Source: Phaeosaccion multiseriatum
Lineage: Eukaryota; Protista; Ochrophyta, other classes
Direction of reading: 5' to 3'
NCBI GenBank assembly: GCA_965112735.1
Contig: OZ218959.1
Location: 620,001 to 684,000, forward strand
DNA length: 64,000 bases
Below are positions 57,251-64,000 of this stretch, piece after piece (positions within the stretch are counted from its first letter, which is position 1; every line of letters begins with the position of its first letter). The notes beneath the pieces are model-generated. The model saw only the letters and a list, made by a program, of their open reading frames with translations, had not been told where the DNA came from and ran no database searches. A program made the translations under genes and the position numbers.

Positions 57251-59349
57251 ATGACGGCGCCAGTGGCCGCGCCAGATGCAGAGACGCAGCAGCAGGATGA
57301 AAACGTTGGGGCGGAGGGGCCGTATCAGGGCAAGGTGAAGGGGGTGATTCTCCCGCCCCCGGATATTCGCCAGATTGTGGACAAGACGGCCAAGTTTGTG
57401 GCAAAGAATGGCAAGACGTTTGAGCAGAGAATCCTCGCCAGTGGGGAGGGCCAGAGTACGAAGTTCAACTTTATGCGACCGCACGATCCGTTCAATGCCT
57501 ACTATGAGCACAAGATTAAGGAGTATGAGGACAATGGCGGGATCGAGGCGCCTGCAAAGGTTGCTGAGAAGGGTACGGCGGAGGGGGCGGAGGGGGCGGA
57601 GGGGGAAGACGAAGGGGCCGCCGCGCCTCCCAAGGACGATGCTGCGACTGCCAAGGCTGCCACGGTGAAGGGGTCAGCGGCGGCAGTGCAAAAAAAGGCC
57701 GTGATGGCCCCTATTGCCAAAGCTGCGCTGGCAATCGATAAGGAGACGGCACCTCCGCCGAGAGAGTTCAGCGCAGGGCACCCGTCGGGCTTGTCCGCGC
57801 TGGACGTGGACATTATCAAGCTGACCGCCCAGTACACGGCTGTAGGCGGGAGGCAGTTCTTGTCGGCTCTGGTGCAACGGGAGGCGAGGAATGAGCAGTT
57901 CCAATTTCTGAAGCACACGCACGCCTTGTTCAGCTACTTTACTGCCCTCGTCGACGGTGAGAGAGTGAGGCGTGCATGGGAGAAGCAGCAGTCCTCTTTC
58001 TAACCCTAGCCCTTGTTTGTTTCCCTCTCTTCGCAGCGTACTCCAAGATCTTGCAGCCCACTGCGCAGCAGAAGGATCTCATTGCCAATGTAAGTGTTGT
58101 GTATGGCGTTCACTAGACCCACGAAAGAGATGGGACATGCCCGGCCAACAGCAGACCCCTCCCCCATTCATTTATCCCTGCAATCAGGGCTGCCATCGCA
58201 TGCGAGTGCTGGAGAGATGCGTCCACCGGTGGGAGCACAAGCGGGCAGAGGCCGCCAAGAAGACGCAGGCAGAGGCTGTGCTGGATGCGGAGCGAGTGGC
58301 CTTTCGGAGTATTGACTGGCACGACTTTGTCATTGTGGAGACCATTGACTTCCCAGAGGATGAGGTGCTGACGGTGGCCGCTGGGGCGGACGAGGATGAC
58401 GACATGGATATGGAGATGGATGATGACATGGAAGAGGAGGAAGAGGCGGCTCCTCAGGAGCCAGCACAGCAGGAGCCGCCGCAGTTGCAGCCACCTCAGC
58501 CCAGCTACAATATGGCGGAGGACGACGGAATTAAGGTGGTGACGGACTACCAGCCGGCAGTATCGACGGGTGCAGCTGGGCGTCTGCCGGACACGGTGAT
58601 TGATCCACTGACAGGTGCGTGGTGGTGGCTCTATCTCTTTGCTACAAGAGACGGTCTTTTTGAAACATACTGTGAATGCCCACGTCTTTATGAGCAGGGA
58701 AGGAAGTACGCGTTGCCGATTTATCGGATCACATGCGCATCCAGCTCCTCGATCCCCGGTGGAGAGAAGAGCAGGCGAGGGCTCTGGAGAAGAAGAAGGA
58801 AATGCCCATGGCGGGGGGCGATGCCATCGCGCAGTCCCTTGGTCTTATGGCCAAGAAGCGAGGCGATATTTTTGGCACGAGAGAGGAAGAAGAGGCTGAG
58901 GTGAGTGAATGGTGCCAAGACTTTGTAGTCAACACAAACAACTTTAGCTCTAACCACATGCCCTCCAAACAGCGAGAAAACGAAGCGGAGAGGCGCCGCG
59001 TTCGCATGGAGCAGGCGAATAGGATTATCTGGGATGGCAATGCGGCAACCGCCGCTCTCGCAGAGGACAAGGCAAGAGCAGCGCCTCGGTTGCCTTCGCA
59101 GCCGTCTGGAAACACACTGTCGGCGGCCAAGATCGGGCCCTCTGCGGTCCCTCGCGGCCCATCAGCAGCAGGGCTCCAGCAGCAGCAGCAGCAGCCTCCA
59201 GCGCCTGGGAGTTTTGGGCAGCCTTCCAGAGAGATTGCCGGTGGTCGGGCAAGTGGCTCGTTTGCCAGTGCAGGGGGGAGCTTGGCGCCGCAGGCAAACA
59301 CCATGGCGCCTCCTCCACCCATGGCATCCTCGACAATGGCTCAGCAGCA

Positions 59350-59389
<40 letters not shown>

Positions 59390-59782
59390 GAACAGCAGAG
59401 GTTGGAACAGCAGCAGCAGCAGCAGCAACAGAGGCAAGAACAACAGGCCAGCCTTCCACGACAGACGACGTCCCAGAAAGCGTCGGCAGAGGAGTTTGCT
59501 GCCAGCCATCCAGGTGCCCTGATAGTGACTGTGTGCTGCCCCTCGGACGAGTCAAGTCCACACCTGAACGGGCAGAAGTTGGAGGTTCGGCTGGACAAGG
59601 GGTGTGGGGCGACTGTGAAGGAGTTGAAAGAGGCGCTGGGACCACAGCTCGGGGGAATGCCTCCCAACAAGCTGCAGATCAAGGAGCAGACATTGGCGTT
59701 CCTCAAAGACAACATCTCCTTTGCAGAGTACAATCTGGCCGGCAGCATTGTCGTGGACTTGGTGCCAAAGAGAAGGCGCTGA
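57251..59782 (+). CDS. SF3A1: Splicing factor 3A subunit 1 (Prp21): two SURP domains and a C-terminal ubiquitin-like domain
   Basis: GVILPPPDIRQIVDKTAKFVAKNG..FEQRI, DIIKLTAQYTA, FQFLKHTH.LFSYFT.LVD, IDWHDFVIVETIDF, HMRIQLLDPRW.E, AKKRGDIFG, MPPNKLQI...FLKD..SFAEYNL. Confidence 0.96.
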
Positions 59783-59810
59783 GAAAAGTTTTTGAGTTAC
59801 AAAATTAATG

Positions 59811-61323
59811 TCAGGACCAACACTGCGAGGCATTGAGGTGGAAGCTCTTTTTCCCTGGCACTTGAGGCGAGTAGAAAGCAGGACCTGGACAGCCTGGACT
59901 TCTGTCTCCCCGACGGCTGTTGGACTTGAACACACCGCTTGATACGGCCGCCTTGCTGGGCGCCTGCTCCTCAGACGTGTACCAGCCAGGTCCTACACAC
60001 GGGTGCAGGGGTGGCGCAGAGTCGCAGAGAATAAGGGTTTAGTTAGTTACACGCCCCAAAGGAGAGGAATCAACAGTCCGAGGCAACCTTACCTGGCGTG
60101 TCGTTGGCGGCTGCAATGCTGGGTTTTCCTACCGGGTTGCCCCATCGGTCTGTGTTAGACTCTGTGAACGCACTCGAACCCCTTCTTCTTAAGTCCTGCT
60201 TGCAAGCCAGAGTCGCAGCCATGACATCGTACGCCCCCACGCCCGGGTTATCCTTGCTGGGTAGCGAAAAGGTCCCGTCTCGCTTCACCGCGCTGGTGAA
60301 GGCAGCCGAAGGGGCAGGCTTCAACAGGTTTCCTTTGCGATCGCGCCGCGCTGACGGCTGCTGCGGCTCGTACTGCCCTGGGGCTGAGGGCAAGGAGCAA
60401 AAGCAGTAGCACCAATTCGTTTAGAACGAGCAGCAGGACCACCACCTCATCACACGAACAGCCGTGCTAACTTACATGGCGTGTCTGAGTGTCCGAGGTA
60501 CGAGCCCCTGTCGCTCAATGTACTCGAGCGAAAGGAAGAAGTGGGCTTTTGGGCCATGCGACTTTTCATGACGCTCTTTTCCTCCAAATCGTACTCACCC
60601 GGGCCTGACAAGAAAGAAACGAGCTTGAGAGGCGTGCTTTTGGGGACACTCAAGTGGGTCGGGAGGTAGAGACAACAATACCTGGAACTTGGGGATCTCC
60701 ACTTTTGCTACCCGTCCTCTCTCCAGTGTACTGCGGCTTCATAAACACCCTGCTATTCTTCACTGAGCTGGGGATGAGGCCGTTGCTGCTGCCATTGTCG
60801 GGGTTTCCACAGCTATACTGCCCAGGACCTGTGCAATTGGGGACGAGAAGTGGTGATACTTGCCATCAGGGTTTGAGTTTGGGCTTGGGTTTTGTCCTGA
60901 CTAGCCGCCGCCACCGCTGCTGCTGCTGCTGCTGCTGCTGCTGCGGAGCCATGACCAACCTGGAGTGGAGGCTGCCCTTCGGATCTCTCGGTCCTCAAAC
61001 CGGCAAGTTTTCGATACAAAACCTCCACAATAGCCTTTCTTCGAAACAGACCCGCACGCCGCCGCATCTCGCAGAAAGGAATGATCCTTGTGGTATGCCC
61101 CGGGGCCAGGTTGTGGCTTTTTCCGCGTCGTGAAACGCAGCGCCGCAACACCAAATCCCGTTTTCTCTCCCCGAGCACAGCCAGCGCTCGAGTCGACTGG
61201 GAAGCGCGATGGAATCGACACAGCAGTTCTCACCGTCACCTCAGGCCTCGACCGCTTCACACTGCCCTCGGTGGTTCTCCCCGCCTGCCGGAAGGACCTC
61301 TGTGCGTGCACGTCGGTCGCCAT
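59811..61323 (-). CDS. STPG1/SHIPPO (PGPGxY-repeat) axonemal protein; about 5 exons
   Basis: SIPSRF...EKTGFG....RF...PGPGAY...SVSKKG, then spliced PGPGQY, GPGEYD, PGQYE, PGVGAYD, GPGWY and PGPAFY, ending KKSFHLNASQCWS* (stop at 59811-59813). Confidence 0.82.
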
Positions 61324-61424
61324 CCTTTGTTTGTTGTTTTCAAGGCCCAAAGTCTCACAGTTTCATTTCATTGCCTTAGGTTTTTCTTCCATCGTTCCCC
61401 CAATAGCGCTAGACCTAGCACACC

Positions 61425-63223
61425 ATGTCTCTCGGAGGCGCGGCGCGGCGGCGGCGGCGGCGGCTGGATTCGTTTCAGCTTTCTGGGAACAAGCGGCAGC
61501 TGAAGAAGCTCCAGGAGGAGCTGACACCGCTGACGCAGGAGCTTGGAGACACCTTCCACGCTCGCCGCGTTCTGCTTCGCAAAGGACCCAGAAGCTCTGA
61601 GGATGTGGAGCATCTCAAGGTGATGGTGCTCGTTTGTTTGCTCACTCCTGTGGATATGTAGCGCTGACTGCATTCGCCCCCGCCTCCCTTTGCGCTTCTC
61701 GGATCATCAACAGAAATGGCTGGAGGCTCGTACAACAATATGGAGAGAAGAGTTCTGGGCCTCGCTGTCCCAGACGGACCGCTTGAAGGTCTGCCACGAC
61801 ATTCGCTTACATGTGGTGGGGGAAGGCGAGCAGGATGACTTTGTAACGAGCGCTGGGTCCTCGGGCACGGGCGTGTTGTATGCCATTGTCAAGGGGACCG
61901 CGCAGGTCAAGTGCTTTGATCGAAACAACTCTTCCTTCGAAATGCTCAGTGGCGAGACTTTCGGCTTTTTGACCACGCCCGCTTCGCTGTTGAAAGCCGC
62001 AGAGAACAGTATTCAGCGGATAAAGGACAATCCGCGGAGCCAAGTCTTTCGTGGCGGCCGAGAGTACGACAGCAGACGCCAGCAAATTAACGGGGCTGGT
62101 AAAGTACGCATCAAGGTACCCGGTGGGGTGCAGTATCTTATCATAACGGCAACTCTTGTGGCGGAATCAGTCGCCACTTTCGCCAAGCAGGCCGAGAAGC
62201 TCAGCGTCCTCGGGACCTTGGGCTTGGACCTCCCCTTCGGTATGGATGGAGGCGGCTCAGGGGCGGCAGGGGGGGCGGGAGGCCGGGGCGGGGCGGTCTC
62301 CAAGAAGCCTTTCATGGTTGAGAGGCGATATGATGCCGGAGCCACTATTGTGGAGCAAGGAGACCAGCCCACGCATATATCAGTCATCATCGAAGGCGAT
62401 TGTCGAATCACCAGAGCCGACCCCTCGGAGGCAAGCAGCTCCTTGACGACCACCACCGCTGCTCCCAATGGGAATAGTAATGGCAAGAGTAGTGGAGCAG
62501 CAGCAGTAGCAGGAGCAGGGGCAGCAGCAGCCGCTGCAGCAGCAGCAGCAGCAGGTGGAGGAGCAGGAGGAGGAGGAGCAGGAGGAGGCGGGGGAGGAGG
62601 GGGTGGGCAAGGAGGGGAAGGAAAAGCAGCAACAACAGCAGCAGCAGGGGGAGGGGGGGGGGCAGCAGTAGGAGGAGGAGAGGTAGAAAGACCAGGAGGA
62701 GCAGCAGGAGCCGGATCGGCAGGAGGAGGAGGAGGAGGAGGGCCAGGGGGGGGGGGGGGAGGGGGGATGTCTTCGATTTTCAAGCGCAAGAGCTCGAGGT
62801 ACAGCCTGCAAGCCACACCACGGCAACGAGTAACCATGATTCTCAGCAGCGGTTTTTCCACCACGCTCGACTTGCGCCATATCGGGATCCTTGGCCCAAG
62901 CAATATGGTGGGGGATATCCCTGCCTTCTTGGGCGGCGTACAGCCTGCCACTGTGCTGGCCAAGACGCCGGTGCGAGTGCTGCAGTGCTCTGCGAGCCGA
63001 TTCCTAGACCAAATTGAGGGCAGTACGGCATTGAAGCAAAAGTACATTGCTGGAGCCAAGGCTCGACGAGACTGGATACAGCAGCGCGGGGGGGATGTGG
63101 ATGCGTTGATGGAGCTCCGTAAAACGAGCGCTCTACTCGTGCATATTGCCAAGAAGCCACCCGAAGCAGCCTTGGCGGCGAGGACGACGTTGGGTAGGAG
63201 GCAGCAGCAGCAGCAGCAGCAGG

Positions 63224-63266
<43 letters not shown>

Positions 63267-63891
63267 GCAGCAGCAACAACAACAACAACAACAAAAGCAG
63301 CAACAGAAGCAGCCGCAGCGGCGCTCTTCTTTCCGTAGATTTGGGGCGAAGGGCGCCAGCCGCAGCTGCCCCGATAGCACTAGCACCAGCAGCGCGACGT
63401 GTGAAGAGGAGCAAGGCGATGACGACGACTACGATTCGACTTCGGCCGCACCTGAGTTCCTAGCATTGAGTGAGGAGGAGAGGCTCAAGTTAAAGCGTAT
63501 CATGCAGAACGCGCCGTCACTGCCGAGCTTTGCCGCAGCTTCGGGGGAGGTCACAGAGGCGGAGAAGCTCGAGTGGAGGGCCCACAGCTCAGAAGCGGCG
63601 GGGGCGGCGCAGGAGCAGCCCCAAGGCGCTTTGACGAGCACTCAGGAGGAAATCTCCACGTCTCTCTTGACCCCGTTCCCGACTCTCACTCTGGACAGGA
63701 AGCTGCACTCTGTGTCGCAGCCCACACTGAGCCACAGCAACGGCTTCATGGACCCCTTCCAGGGGCGTGTGTACGATGCTTGGTGGAACAAGCACCTGCA
63801 AGAGCCGTCTGAGCCGAAGCTGAAGCGGTCCGACAGGGTGCTGATTGAACAAAGGATCGCGGAAGGCTTCGCCAAACTCCGTTCCATGTGA
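61425..63891 (+). CDS. Cyclic-nucleotide-binding-domain protein (two cNMP-like domains) with Gly/Ala and polyQ inserts; 3' end may splice further
   Basis: RSSEDVEHL; LYAIVKG.AQV...LSGETFG; YDAGATIVEQGDQPTHISVIIEGDCRI; ILGPSNMVGD......QPATVLAKT. Intron about 61620-61713. Confidence 0.72.
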
Positions 63892-64000
63892 CGTCAGTTA
63901 AAATGTCTTCTGGGACTGACGTGTGGGGGTGGGGACTGCGGCACGGCACAAAGGCTTCAGCAACCCTCGTCAGATTCTCTCAGGGAGAATGACAACGGCT

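Noticed and set aside
59811-59860. Suspected frameshift at the STPG1-like C-terminus
   Set aside because: Recounting the T5 run shows PGKKSFHLNASQCWS* is in frame.
61324-61424. X-box-like half site (TTGCCTTAGG) between two putative flagellar genes
   Set aside because: Poor match to the RFX palindrome, and RFX control of ciliary genes is not established for this lineage.
62013-63386. 457-aa antisense ORF with poly-Cys/Pro (similar cases at 370-828, 26040-27011, 48017-48907)
   Set aside because: Shadow ORFs of GC-rich, triplet-repeat coding sequence on the opposite strand or frame, with no domain motifs.
1-64000. tRNA, rRNA or snRNA genes
   Set aside because: No recognisable cloverleaf, rRNA or Sm-site signatures were found by eye in the short intergenic gaps; small RNAs cannot be excluded without Infernal or tRNAscan.

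Overview
This is eukaryotic nuclear DNA: GC-rich, very gene-dense, with many short spliceosomal introns and CAG/GAG-driven low-complexity tracts. The ORF track therefore shows exon fragments and many spurious antisense ORFs. A bipartite signal-peptide + Phe presequence on glutathione synthetase, together with flagellar/centrosomal genes (enkurin-domain, STPG1-like, CM1-motif), suggests a photosynthetic stramenopile (ochrophyte) with a flagellated stage; this is an inference. By manual splicing I can support about 25 protein-coding genes, mostly in tight head-to-head pairs: SMARCAL1-like, RidA, GSS, ENKD1-like, CM1 protein, Ubl-eL41 fusion, EAF-domain protein, Miro, ankyrin-CaaX protein, SHAQKYF-class MYB, GT77+GT8-like glycosyltransferase, a tandem-domain surface protein, multi-KH protein, MLH1, DnaJ, membrane-tethered bZIP, stand-alone I9-like protein, a 4-TM protein, CSN2, LIS1, SF3A1, STPG1-like, a cNMP-binding protein and two coiled-coil unknowns. 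Highlights: (1) a 74-aa FUBI-like ubiquitin-fold domain fused through Gly-Gly to ribosomal protein eL41; (2) a 486-bp miniature LTR retroelement (224-bp LTRs, 38-bp interior, 4-bp TSD) whose primer site is complementary to its own LTR, suggesting self-priming; (3) a two-domain glycosyltransferase head-to-head with an unassigned, internally duplicated, Pro-rich surface protein; (4) an ATF6/bZIP28-like membrane bZIP paired with a stand-alone subtilase-prodomain-like gene. No rRNA, tRNA or CRISPR features were seen. All family assignments come from recalled motifs, not database searches, and exon boundaries are manual.
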